This document shows positions 35,641 to 45,400 of a DNA stretch of 64,000 bases, in pieces (the first letter of the stretch is position 1; each line of letters starts with the position of its first letter). A program made the translations under genes and the position numbers. The stretch lies in the NCBI GenBank assembly GCA_964575175.1, contig CAZNPX010000006.1:28578-92577 (forward strand), in the 5' to 3' direction. The stretch comes from an uncultured Hyphomicrobiales bacterium. GTDB lineage: Bacteria; Pseudomonadota; Alphaproteobacteria; Rhizobiales; Xanthobacteraceae. Below the pieces are notes generated by a model that was not told where the DNA came from, did no database searches, and saw only the letters and a program-made list of their open reading frames with translations.

Positions 35641-38046
35641 CTAACCTCCAACTTCCATTACGGCTCTTTCCGCAGAGCCTTTGCGTTTTCCGACGAAGGG
35701 ATCGAGCACCAGATCCGTCAGCGCTGCCGCGCCGAAGCTCCTGCCGCGGCGCTCGACGGCGACCTCGCCGTAAAGCGTGGTGCGCTGCGCCGGCGTTCTT
35801 CCGATCGAGGAGACGAGCCGCTCCATGTTCTCGGGGCTCAATTCCTGACCGTGCTGCGTGCCCGCGGCGCGCGAAATGCTTTCGTTCATCAAGGTGCCGC
35901 CGAGATCGTTCGCGCCGCCGTTGAGCAAGCTAGCGGCCCCCTCCGCGCCGACCTTCACCCACGACGCCTGGATGTTTCCGATCAGCGGATTGAAGACGAG
36001 CCTTGCGATCGCGTGCAGCAGGCGCACTTCGCGCCAGGTCGGCCCCTGCCGCGCCTGCCCGCGAAGCGACATCGGCGCTTCCATGTGCACGAAGGGCAGC
36101 GGCACGAATTCGGTGATGCCGCCGGTCCGCTGCTGCAAGTCGCGCAGCGCAAGCAGATGGCGCGCCCAGCTTATCGGGGCTTCCACATGCCCGAACATGA
36201 TCGTCGATGTGGTCGGCAGCCCGCAGCGATGCGCGGCTTCGATGACCGCGAGCCACTCGGCGGCGTCGAGCTTGTCAGGGCAGATTATCTGCCGGATGCC
36301 GTCGTCGAGAATCTCCGCGGCCGTTCCCGGCAGCGATCCCAGACCCTCGTCGCGAAGCATGCCGAGAAAGCGCGCGACCGGAATTCCGAGCGTGGCCGCG
36401 CCCTGCGATATTTCGAGCGGCGAGAAGGCATGGACATGCATCCCCGGCACTTCGTTCTTCACCGCGCGCACCAGATCGATATAGGTCTGGCCGGTGTAAT
36501 GCGGGTTGATGCCGCCCTGCATGCAGACTTCGGTCGCGCCGCGGCCCCATGCCTCGCGCGCGCGCCGCGCCACTTCGCCGAGCGAAATGTCGTAAGGCTT
36601 GCCGCGAAGATGGTCGTGGCTCTTGCCCTTCGAGAACGCGCAGAAGCTGCAGCGGTAGAGGCAGACGTTGGTGTAGTTGATGTTCCGGTTGACGACGTAG
36701 CGGACCATGTCGCCGCTCACGCGACGGCGCAGCTCGTCGGCCGCGGAAACGATCTCGGCGACGCCGGTATCCCGCGCGCCGAACAGCTTCACGATCTCCG
36801 CGTGGGCAAGCCGTTCTCCGGCCTGCGCGCGGTCGAGCAACTTGTCGTAGCTGCCCGGCGCTCCGCCGCTCACCGACGGCGACGGGATCGGTTCCAGCGA
36901 GCCGGGCGACCACGCCTCTTCGCGCGCGAAGCCTTCGCTGTCCGACAATTGCACCAGCTTCGAGAAGGGCTCCGCATCGAACCATTCGCGTTCGAGCGCG
37001 AAACGCGGATAGGCGGCAAGCCGCGGCACGAGCGAGAAGCCGGCCTGCTCCGTCATCGCGCGCAGCTTCGGGATCGCGGGCCACGCGGCTTCGGGATTTA
37101 CGTGATCCACCGTTACCGGGGAGATGCCGCCCCAGTCGTTGATGCCGGCATCGAGCAGGCGCGGATAGTCGGCGTAGCTCAGGTTCGGCGGCACCTGGAT
37201 GTTCATTTCGGCGCCGAAGACGAGGCGCGTGACGGCCGCGGTCCACAACAGATCGTCGAAGCTCGGCTCCTCCGACAGCGCGAGACGGGTGCCGGGCTTG
37301 GCGCGGAAATTCTGGACGATGATTTCCTGGATGTGGCCGTATTGCGCGTGCAGATCGCGCAGCGCGAGCAGCGATTGCACGCGCTCCAGCCGGGTTTCGC
37401 CGATGCCGATGAGAATGCCGCTGGTGAACGGCACCTTCTGCCGCCCGGCCGCGGCGATCATCTCGACACGAACCGCGGGGTCCTTGTCGGGCGAACCGAA
37501 ATGCGCGCCGCCGCGCTCGCACAGCCGCGGCGAAATCGTCTCCAGCATGATGCCTTGCGATACGCTGACGCGCCGCAGCCGCGCGATCTCTTCTTCCTCC
37601 ATCACGCCGGCGTTGACGTGAGGCAACAGCGTCGTGTTGCGCAGGACCAGTTCGCACACCGCCTCGAGATAGGCGTGGGTCGAGGCGTATCCCAAGGCGT
37701 CGAGCGCCTCGCGGGCCGCCGCATAGCGAAGCTCGGGCTTGTCGCCGAGCGTGAAGAGCGCTTCGGTGCAGCCCGCCGCCTCGCCCCTGCGCGCGATCTC
37801 CAGCACTTCATCGGGAGAGAGGTAGGCGCGCTTCAGCCGCTTCGGCGTTTTCGCGAAGGTGCAGTAGCCGCAGGTATCGCGGCACAACTGCGTGAGCGGT
37901 ATGAACACTTTGCGGGAATAGGAAATATTGGTGCCGTGGCCCTCGACCCGGAGCCGCGCCGCGCGCGCAAGCAGCGCCGCCAGCGGAAGGCTCTCGAATT
38001 TCGCCAGCAATTGCTCCGGCGTACAGGCTTCGAATTCCACGCTCAT
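35641..38046 (-). CDS. fbiC: bifunctional FO synthase FbiC (CofG+CofH fusion; 7,8-didemethyl-8-hydroxy-5-deazariboflavin synthase)
   Basis: 801-aa ORF with two radical-SAM motifs (CRDTCGYCTF and CLYRCSFCAF) in tandem CofG-like and CofH-like halves. Confidence 0.93.
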   Translation of the reverse strand: MSVEFEACTPEQLLAKFESLPLAALLARAARLRVEGHGTNISYSRKVFIPLTQLCRDTCGYCTFAKTPKRLKRAYLSPDEVLEIARRGEAAGCTEALFTLGDKPELRYAAAREALDALGYASTHAYLEAVCELVLRNTTLLPHVNAGVMEEEEIARLRRVSVSQGIMLETISPRLCERGGAHFGSPDKDPAVRVEMIAAAGRQKVPFTSGILIGIGETRLERVQSLLALRDLHAQYGHIQEIIVQNFRAKPGTRLALSEEPSFDDLLWTAAVTRLVFGAEMNIQVPPNLSYADYPRLLDAGINDWGGISPVTVDHVNPEAAWPAIPKLRAMTEQAGFSLVPRLAAYPRFALEREWFDAEPFSKLVQLSDSEGFAREEAWSPGSLEPIPSPSVSGGAPGSYDKLLDRAQAGERLAHAEIVKLFGARDTGVAEIVSAADELRRRVSGDMVRYVVNRNINYTNVCLYRCSFCAFSKGKSHDHLRGKPYDISLGEVARRAREAWGRGATEVCMQGGINPHYTGQTYIDLVRAVKNEVPGMHVHAFSPLEISQGAATLGIPVARFLGMLRDEGLGSLPGTAAEILDDGIRQIICPDKLDAAEWLAVIEAAHRCGLPTTSTIMFGHVEAPISWARHLLALRDLQQRTGGITEFVPLPFVHMEAPMSLRGQARQGPTWREVRLLHAIARLVFNPLIGNIQASWVKVGAEGAASLLNGGANDLGGTLMNESISRAAGTQHGQELSPENMERLVSSIGRTPAQRTTLYGEVAVERRGRSFGAAALTDLVLDPFVGKRKGSAERAVMEVGG

Positions 38047-38128
38047 ACCATCAATTCCTGCCGGGCATTCCGCTCATGTCGGGCCGCGCGACACGCGCCG
38101 CATTGCTGCCCTGCGGCGGCCGCAGGAC

Positions 38129-38767
38129 TCACTCGACACGATCGCTCGGTCCCGTCGCCACGTCCGCGACATTGCGCATCGAATAGATCTCTCCAAGGCC
38201 GGCGTAATTGGGGCCGCCGATCCGGCACAACGGGCGGAGCTGCCGCGTGTCGATCTTGTTGTTCTCGCACAAGCCGTCGCGAACGTGAAACATCAATACT
38301 TCGCCGACCAGGAATTTCGAGCCGGTCTCGCCGAATGCGATGTCGTGCCGCAGCGCGCATTCCATACTGATCGGGGCCGCCGCAAGCCGCGGGACCGGGA
38401 CGCGATCGCTCGGCGCGGTTTCCAGATCGAGCAGCGTGGTTTCGCTGACGTCGTAGGGATGCGCGACCGCGCTGAGGTGAACCTTTTCGACCATGGTTTC
38501 GTCGCCGATGTTCACCACGAAACTCTTCCCTTCGAGAATATTCCGGGCGGTGTCCTTCTGCTCGCCGCTGCGAAGCCCGACATTGATCCCGATCATCGGC
38601 GGCTTCGACGAGACGAAGGTGAAGCAACTGAACGGAGCCAGATTGACGATTCCGGCAGCCGACAGCGTCGTCACCCAGGCGATCGGGCGCGGCACCACCA
38701 TTCCCGTCAGCAGCCGGTAAATGTCCTGGGGCGGCATCGGGGCCGGATTGATTTTCATTGCTCGCAT
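38129..38767 (-). CDS. flavin reductase-like (FMN-binding split-barrel) domain protein
   Basis: 212-aa ORF with LLTGMVVPRPIAWVTTLSAAGIVNLAPFSCFTFVSSKPPMIGINV, typical of the flavin-reductase-like domain. Sits directly upstream of fbiC. Confidence 0.8.
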   Translation of the reverse strand: MRAMKINPAPMPPQDIYRLLTGMVVPRPIAWVTTLSAAGIVNLAPFSCFTFVSSKPPMIGINVGLRSGEQKDTARNILEGKSFVVNIGDETMVEKVHLSAVAHPYDVSETTLLDLETAPSDRVPVPRLAAAPISMECALRHDIAFGETGSKFLVGEVLMFHVRDGLCENNKIDTRQLRPLCRIGGPNYAGLGEIYSMRNVADVATGPSDRVE

Positions 38768-38803
38768 ACCATGTTGGACGGGGACCGCGACAGGAGGCCG
38801 AAC

Positions 38804-39607
38804 TCAGGCCACCGACATCTTTTGCCGATCGGAATTCCCGAAAGGCGGCGCCGGCAGCGCGCCCTGCTTGCTCGAAATGATTCCGGCGCAACGCTCGGTG
38901 ACGATCTGCATGTGCTTGTAGAAGTTCTTGTCGTGGCCCTGCTTGTGAATGGCGGAGCTGAGCGCGGCGACGACATCGCCGGAGGCGTCCCGGATCGGGC
39001 AGCCGACGGCATAGATATCGACGAGATTCTCCTCGTCGGAGATCGAGTATCCGCGCTTCAGGACATTCCGCAGGTCGGCCACCAGCGAGCGGGTGTTGAT
39101 GATGCTGTAGGGGGTCAGGCGATTGAGCGAAAGCCGCGGCAACAGCTTCTGCAACTCGGCATCGTTCATCGCCGCGAGCAGGACCTTGCCGGCGGCGGTG
39201 GTATGCAGCTGCCCGGTCACGCCCGTGTTGATGCGCAGCACATACGGCTGCGCGCCCTGGATTGCGTACAGGTACAGCATGACGTTGTCGGAGCGCACGC
39301 AAAGATAGACGTTCAGCCCCTCGCTTTCGGCGAGCTGGTGCAGGTCGTCGTAGCAGGCGTTGTAGAGCGGGTTCGAGCGCGTGTATTTCTGGCCGATCTC
39401 GAAGGTGGTCGGCCCGACGCGGTATCGGCGGGTGGCCGGGTTCTGCTCGAGAAAACCGTCCTCGGCCAATGTCAGCAGCAGGCGCGACGCCTTGCTCTTA
39501 TCGAGCGAAAGCAGGCGGGCGACTTCGCGAACACCAAGCTCGGGACCATGCTCGGCAATGGTCTTCAGAATTTTCAGCCCGTGAGATAGCGACTGATTGA
39601 TTGCCAT
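38804..39607 (-). CDS. IclR family transcriptional regulator
   Basis: N-terminal wHTH (LKILKTIAEHGPELGVREVARLLSLDKSKASRLLLTL) plus an IclR effector domain. Confidence 0.85.
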   Translation of the reverse strand: MAINQSLSHGLKILKTIAEHGPELGVREVARLLSLDKSKASRLLLTLAEDGFLEQNPATRRYRVGPTTFEIGQKYTRSNPLYNACYDDLHQLAESEGLNVYLCVRSDNVMLYLYAIQGAQPYVLRINTGVTGQLHTTAAGKVLLAAMNDAELQKLLPRLSLNRLTPYSIINTRSLVADLRNVLKRGYSISDEENLVDIYAVGCPIRDASGDVVAALSSAIHKQGHDKNFYKHMQIVTERCAGIISSKQGALPAPPFGNSDRQKMSVA

Positions 39608-39616
39608 GATCGGACT

Positions 39617-40399
39617 TTAGTGCCCCCCGGCAGCGCTGGCAGGTGTTGTTTTCTCCCAATACACGACTTTTCGATAGATCGCGCGAACGATGAAGTTGGC
39701 CGTGACGCCGATCAGCGACAGCGTGAAAACCGCGGTGAACATCGCGCCCACGTCGAAGTTCATGGACGACGACTGGATCAGGTGGCCGAGGCCCTGCCTC
39801 GCCGCCAGAAATTCGCCGACCACGGTACCGATCAGTCCCAGCACGACGCTGATCTGGAGACCGGCGAAGATCGAGTTGGCGGCGCTCGGCAGCTTCACGT
39901 CCCAGAAAATGAGGCGGCGCGGCGCCGAGAAGGCGCGATAGAGATCAACCAGATCGGGATTGGCCGAGCGCAGGCCCGTCATCGTGTTGATGAACATCGG
40001 GAAGAAGCAGATCAGCGCCACCAGAACGACCTTGAAGGTCATGCCGAAGCCGAACCAGACCAGCAGCAAAGGCGCGAGCGCCACCTTGGGCATCGACTGG
40101 AAGCCGACGACATAGGGAAAGACGATGCGCTCGGCCAGCACGAACTCCGCGACCAGCGCGCCGAGCAGGAACGCGACGATGCAGCCGAGGAAATATCCGA
40201 GCACCATCTGCGTCAGCGTGATTCCGATATGCGGGAAAATCAGGCCGCTCGAGTAGAGCACCCACGCCGACTTCGCGACCTCGATCGGCCCCGGCAGCAG
40301 GTAACTCGGAACGCCGAAGTATTTCGTGCCGAAGTGCCAGATCAGCAGGAAGCAGACAATGGAGAGGGTGGAAATCGAATATGCCTTGAGCTTGTTCAT
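39617..40399 (-). CDS. ABC transporter permease (NitT/TauT type)
   Basis: 260-aa polytopic ORF, paralogous by eye to the permease at 10146..10913. Confidence 0.85.
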   Translation of the reverse strand: MNKLKAYSISTLSIVCFLLIWHFGTKYFGVPSYLLPGPIEVAKSAWVLYSSGLIFPHIGITLTQMVLGYFLGCIVAFLLGALVAEFVLAERIVFPYVVGFQSMPKVALAPLLLVWFGFGMTFKVVLVALICFFPMFINTMTGLRSANPDLVDLYRAFSAPRRLIFWDVKLPSAANSIFAGLQISVVLGLIGTVVGEFLAARQGLGHLIQSSSMNFDVGAMFTAVFTLSLIGVTANFIVRAIYRKVVYWEKTTPASAAGGH

Positions 40400-40408
40400 C
40401 CCCTGCCC

Positions 40409-41188
40409 TCAATGCATCGCGGAGCTGGCGCCGAGCATCTGCCGGAGCTTGTTGGCGATCGCGCCGAATTCGGGGCTTGCCAGCGTTTCCAGCGTGCGCG
40501 GCCTCGGGATGTTCACGGGCACTTCCAGGATCTTCGTTCCCGGCCGTCCCGACAGTACGACGATCTTGTCCGCGAGGAACACCGCTTCGGGAATCGAATG
40601 CGTGATGAAGATCACCGTCTTGCGGGTGTTGAGCCAGATCGATTGCAGCTCGATGGTCATGCGCTCGCGCGTCAGCGCATCCAGCGCCGCGAAGGGCTCG
40701 TCCATCAGCAGCACCGCCGGATCGTGAATGAGCCCGCGGGCGATGCCCGCGCGCTGCTGCATGCCGCCCGAAAGCTCGCGCGGAAGATGATCGGCGAACT
40801 TGCTCAAGCCGACCAGCTCCAGCAGCTCGCGCGCCCTCGGCACATATTTCGCCGTGGACTGCCCGAGCGCGCGGATCGGCACCAGCACGTTCTCGATCAC
40901 CGTCTTCCATGGCAGCAGCGTGGGCTGCTGGAAGACGATGCCGACATCCGAGCGCGGGCCGACGATGGGCGACGCCGAGAGCTTGGCGACGCCGGACGCC
41001 ACCGGCATCAGGCCGCTCACCACCCGCAGCAGGGTCGATTTTCCGCAGCCGGACGAGCCGATCACGGCGACGAACTCGCCCTTGGCGACGGTGAGATCGA
41101 GGTTTTGCAGGGCCATCAGCGGTCCCTGCGTCGTCTGGTACACGACGGAGACACCGCTGATGTCGAGCGTAGGCACTTCGTTTCGCAT
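40409..41188 (-). CDS. ABC transporter ATP-binding protein
   Basis: Walker A GSSGCGKST, signature LSGGMQQR, Walker B LLLMDEPFAALD. Confidence 0.9.
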   Translation of the reverse strand: MRNEVPTLDISGVSVVYQTTQGPLMALQNLDLTVAKGEFVAVIGSSGCGKSTLLRVVSGLMPVASGVAKLSASPIVGPRSDVGIVFQQPTLLPWKTVIENVLVPIRALGQSTAKYVPRARELLELVGLSKFADHLPRELSGGMQQRAGIARGLIHDPAVLLMDEPFAALDALTRERMTIELQSIWLNTRKTVIFITHSIPEAVFLADKIVVLSGRPGTKILEVPVNIPRPRTLETLASPEFGAIANKLRQMLGASSAMH

Positions 41189-41220
41189 GAGGCTGTTACC
41201 CGGCTCTACAGAAGGCCAAC

Positions 41221-42312
41221 TTACTTATATGCCTTCGCCTTCTGCACGACTTCGTCGCGGCTGAAGCGGTTATACTCGGCCACGAACTGGTTAGTGTAGA
41301 GCGTGTCGAGCGGGATATTCGCGTTCTTTTCGATCAGCCCGCCGAGCTTCAGCGCATCGACGATCAGCTTCCACTCGTTCGCGGTGAATTCGCCGATATT
41401 CTTGTCGTTGCGGCCGAACAGCAGGTTCTCGATCCGCGGCTTCAGAATCGTCATTTCCCGCTTGATGTTTTCGGCTTCGGTGCCGGTGGTCGGGCGCATG
41501 GTCGGATATTCCGCCCAGAACGAGCGAATGCAGCCCTCGAGATTCGCCTGGCAGGCGACGGCGCCCTTCGACATCGCGCGTCCGAACTTCGCGATCAGGT
41601 CCGGCCGGCTCTTGATCATCTCATTGGTGTAGGGGAAGCCGTGGCTCGGGAGGCTCTGATATTCCTTCGGGAACGGGACCAGCCGGATCTTGGTGCCCGA
41701 CAGGCCGAGCGCGACGTGCATCGTGTCCCACAGGTTCAGCGCATCGACCTGCTTGCGGCGGAGCGCCTCGAAGGCAGGCACGCCGGAACCGACGCCCATC
41801 TTCTGCACGCTGTTCCAGTCGACGCCCTGGTTCTGGGCCATCGCCTGCGTCATCGCGATATTGCCGGAGGTCAGCGAGACGAAGCCGACGGTCTTGCCGT
41901 TCAGGTCGCCGAAAGCCTTGATCGGGCTTTCGTCGAGCACCGCAAGCTCCCAGATCGAGCGCGGCAGGTAATTATATGTGAACTGGATCGGAAAGTTCGG
42001 CTTTCCTTCCTGCCGCGAGATCGGCAGCGGCTCCAGGCTCGCGTAGGCGGTGTGGATCGTTCCCTTCAGGAGCTGGGGAATGATCACGCCGGAGCCGGTG
42101 AGCACGATCAGCTCGACGTCGAGTTTTTCCTCGTCGAAGAAGCCGAGCGCCTTGGCGAAGGTGAAATTCGCCACGCCCGAATTGATGGCCGACGGCCACG
42201 CAAAGACGAACTTGTCTTTTGCCTTCGCCTCGGGAGCGGCAATCACGGCCGCAACAGCCAGCGTCAGCATGGCTACCCGGCGGCTCAGACCGCCAAACAT
42301 CGGAAATTTCAT
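41221..42312 (-). CDS. ABC transporter substrate-binding protein (NMT1-like)
   Basis: 363-aa ORF with a signal peptide (...LAVAAVIAAPEAKA). First gene of the transporter-IclR-flavin reductase-fbiC-npdG string. Confidence 0.8.
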   Translation of the reverse strand: MKFPMFGGLSRRVAMLTLAVAAVIAAPEAKAKDKFVFAWPSAINSGVANFTFAKALGFFDEEKLDVELIVLTGSGVIIPQLLKGTIHTAYASLEPLPISRQEGKPNFPIQFTYNYLPRSIWELAVLDESPIKAFGDLNGKTVGFVSLTSGNIAMTQAMAQNQGVDWNSVQKMGVGSGVPAFEALRRKQVDALNLWDTMHVALGLSGTKIRLVPFPKEYQSLPSHGFPYTNEMIKSRPDLIAKFGRAMSKGAVACQANLEGCIRSFWAEYPTMRPTTGTEAENIKREMTILKPRIENLLFGRNDKNIGEFTANEWKLIVDALKLGGLIEKNANIPLDTLYTNQFVAEYNRFSRDEVVQKAKAYK

Positions 42313-42363
42313 TATCGTCCCCCTCAGCTGTGAAAGTGTCTCATTGTATTCTTAAACGTCTCA

Positions 42364-42392
42364 ACTATTGATACGATTAAAGCGCCTGTCAA
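42364..42392 (-). promoter_or_regulatory. sigma70-like promoter candidate TTGACA-N17-AATAGT
   Basis: Read on the minus strand, 52-80 bp upstream of the SBP ATG. The predicted TSS falls on a TGAGAC repeat. Confidence 0.35.
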
Positions 42393-42486
42393 GTTTGCCC
42401 CTGCTGTTTCGGCCGTATTTCGCAGCATAAAATGCCCGAATATTCGGCTTTTTTCGCTCGAACGGCGCCCTTTCCCGGCCGCCCGG

Positions 42487-45400
42487 TCAGGCACCCGGGA
42501 GCCCCTCCACGGCAGCCTCGATCGCCCGCGCAACCACCGTCACGGTGAGTTCCGTCTTGTAGTGATTGTGCTCGAGCGGCAGCGCGCCATAGACCGAGGC
42601 CGCCGCGGCCGCCTCGATGGTCTGCGGCGTCAGCGCGGCGCCGCGCAGGATTTTCTCGCTGTGAACCGCCCGCGCCGGCGTCGGCGCCACGCCGCCGAGC
42701 ACGATGGCGGCGTCCGTCAGTTTCTGCTTCGAGCCCATGAGCCGCACGGCGGCGGAGGCTTCCGCGAAATCGCCGCGCCAGCGGGCATATTTTTCATAAT
42801 GGAAAGACGCGCCGGCGCGCGGCTTCGGAATCTCGATCGCGGTAATCAGTTCGGCCGGTTCGAGCACCGTTTCGCCCGCCCATACATAAAGCTGCTCGAC
42901 GGGAATGCGCCGCGCGCGCTCCGGCCCCGCGGTAACGACCTGGGCATCGAGGCAGGCGAGCATCGGCGCGAGATCCGACACGCAAGGGGCCGCGCACCTG
43001 CCCGCGCCCATGATGGAATGGTGACGATTGTCTCCGAGCACCGCGTAACAGGGACAGGCCGGGCCGGAGAAGCGATAACACGGCGTGGCGGAACGAAAGA
43101 ACCAGCAGCGCTTCTCCTGACAGAGATCGCCGGCCACCGTCGCGCGGTTGCGGATCTGCTGGGTCGCGATCAGCGCAGCACCTTTCGCAAGGCCCAGAAA
43201 ATTCTTTTCGATCAACGCATGCTCGATGAGCGTGCTCACGGTGACGGCCGCGCCGACCTTCAGAAATTCGCCGGCCAGCACGATTTCCTTCACGCCCGGC
43301 GTGTTGCCATAGGCAATCAGTTTCGGCGGCCCATAGACACCCTGTCGGATGCCCGGCAGCAGATCGGTGCCGCCGCCCAGGAACCGGCTTCCTTCGCTGG
43401 CTGATGCCTGCGCCACCGCATCCGCGACCGTGCCGGCGACGACGGTTTCGAACGCGCGCACGCGCGGCCGCGAGCGGCCCAGATACTTGCCCGCCTTCTT
43501 CATCACCGGCGCCATCACGGGATAGAGTTTGCGGACCGCTGCGATCTCGGCGTTGAGCGGCCGCAGATAAGGCTTCAGCGAACGCGCGGGCCTGCCGTTC
43601 TGCGCGATCGCCGCGAGCACCGCCTCGGGCGTGATCGGCAACTTGTGAAAACGAACGCCCACCGCGTCGGCGACCGCATTGGCGACCGCCGCCACGGTCG
43701 CATTGATCGTGGGCTCGCCCGCGGCCTTGGCGCCGAAAGGACCCAGCGCGTCCGCCGTTTCGATGAAGTCGATCGAGATGTTCGGCGTGTCCGCGATCCG
43801 CGGCACACGATAATTGATGAGCGAGCGGTTCACCGGCCGGCCGTTCTCGAACACGACATCCTCGCTGAGCGCCATGCCGACGCCCTGCATGATGCCGCCG
43901 TAGGTCTGCCCTTCGAGCGCGGTCGGATTGATGACGCGGCCGACATCCTGCGCCGAGGCGATGTTGAGAATGGTGACGTGGCCGGTGCCGGGATCGACTT
44001 CGACTTCCACCGCCTGCGCGCCGAAGGCATAAGCCGCCGCATAGTTTCCGTATCCGGTCACCGGATCGGGCCGCTCGAGCCCGATCTCGTAGCGCCCCTC
44101 GACGCGCAGCGTGCCGAAACGCTGCCCGGCCTGGGACAGCGTCAGCTCGCGCCGCTCGTCGTGGGGATGTGAGAAGGTGCCGGCGTCATAGCCGATCTCT
44201 TCGGCGGCGATGTTCCACTCTTCCGCGATGCGCTGCCGCAAGCGCGAAACCAGCTCCTTGCCGGCGGCAATCGCGGCGTTTCCCGTGACGAAGGTGACGC
44301 GCGACGCCGCGCTGCCGAGATCGTCGGGCCCGAGCTCCGTGTCCATGTGAACGACGGAGATTCCTTCCATCGACACGCCGAGCGTCTCCGCCACGAGTTG
44401 CGCGAGAATGGTGTTCTGCCAGGTCCCGGCGTCGGCGGTCTGCGTGAAGATCTGCATTCGCCCGTCGGGTTGCAGCTCGACCGCGATGTTGGAGAAATTT
44501 CCTTCGGCATAAAGCACGCTGCCGCTCGGATGGATCATCGAGGCGATGCCGATGCCGCGATAGGGCGGCAGCTTACCTTTCTTGTCGGCCCAGCCGATCC
44601 GTTCCGCCGCCTTGCGCAGGCAATCGCTGAGGCCGCAGCTCGTGATCTTCCAGCCGAGCGGGGTCAGGTCGCCGGGCTGGTTGGCGATCCGCAAGCGATA
44701 CTCCACCGGATCCAGCTTCAGCCGCGCGGCGATTTCATCGACCTGGGTTTCGATCGCCCAGATGATTCCGGGAGCGCCCATTCCGCGATAGGAGCCGCCC
44801 GGCAACTTGTTCGTATAGACGAGTTTCGCGCGCACGCCTGCCGCGCCCACGCGATAGAGATTGGCGGTGCGCTGCCGCACGGCGGAAACGTAAACGGGGC
44901 CCATGTGCGTATAGGCGCCGTTATCGACAATCGCATCGACCGTGCGCGCGAGAATGTTGCCTTTCGCATCGACCGCGGTGCGCAGCGACATGGATTTCGC
45001 GTGGTCGCTCTTGCCGGCGATGTATTCCTCGTCCCGCGACAGCACGACCTTGACCGGCCTTCCGGTCCGCTTCGAAAGCAGTGCTGCAATCGCGATCTGC
45101 TCAGGCGCCTGCGACTTGCCGCCGAAGCCGCCGCCGATGGCGACGGGGCGGACGACGATCCTGCCGGGCTCCAGATCGAGCACGCGCGCAAGCTCCTTGC
45201 GCACGAAGAACGGCGCCTGGGTGCCGCACCACACTTCCAGCTTGCCGCTTGCCGCATCGAATGACGCGACCGCCGCATTGGTTTCCATGCAGACCGGCCA
45301 GACGACGCCATGCTCGAAGCGGCCCTCGACGATCAAGGCCGCATCCTTGAGTCCCTTCTCGACATCGCCGAGCGATATATCGACGAGCTGGGCGACATTC

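Noticed and set aside
35611-38370. 919-aa plus-strand ORF antisense to fbiC
   Set aside because: It has no recognisable motifs and an Arg-rich composition. The opposite strand encodes an unmistakable FbiC with two radical-SAM motifs.
42434-42448. GCCCGAATATTCGGC palindrome with flanking T/A runs after the Mo::FAD gene, as a terminator
   Set aside because: The stem is only ~5-6 bp with an AT-rich centre once a loop is allowed. It is too weak to call, although it is the only terminator-like element at the end of the five-gene Mo string.
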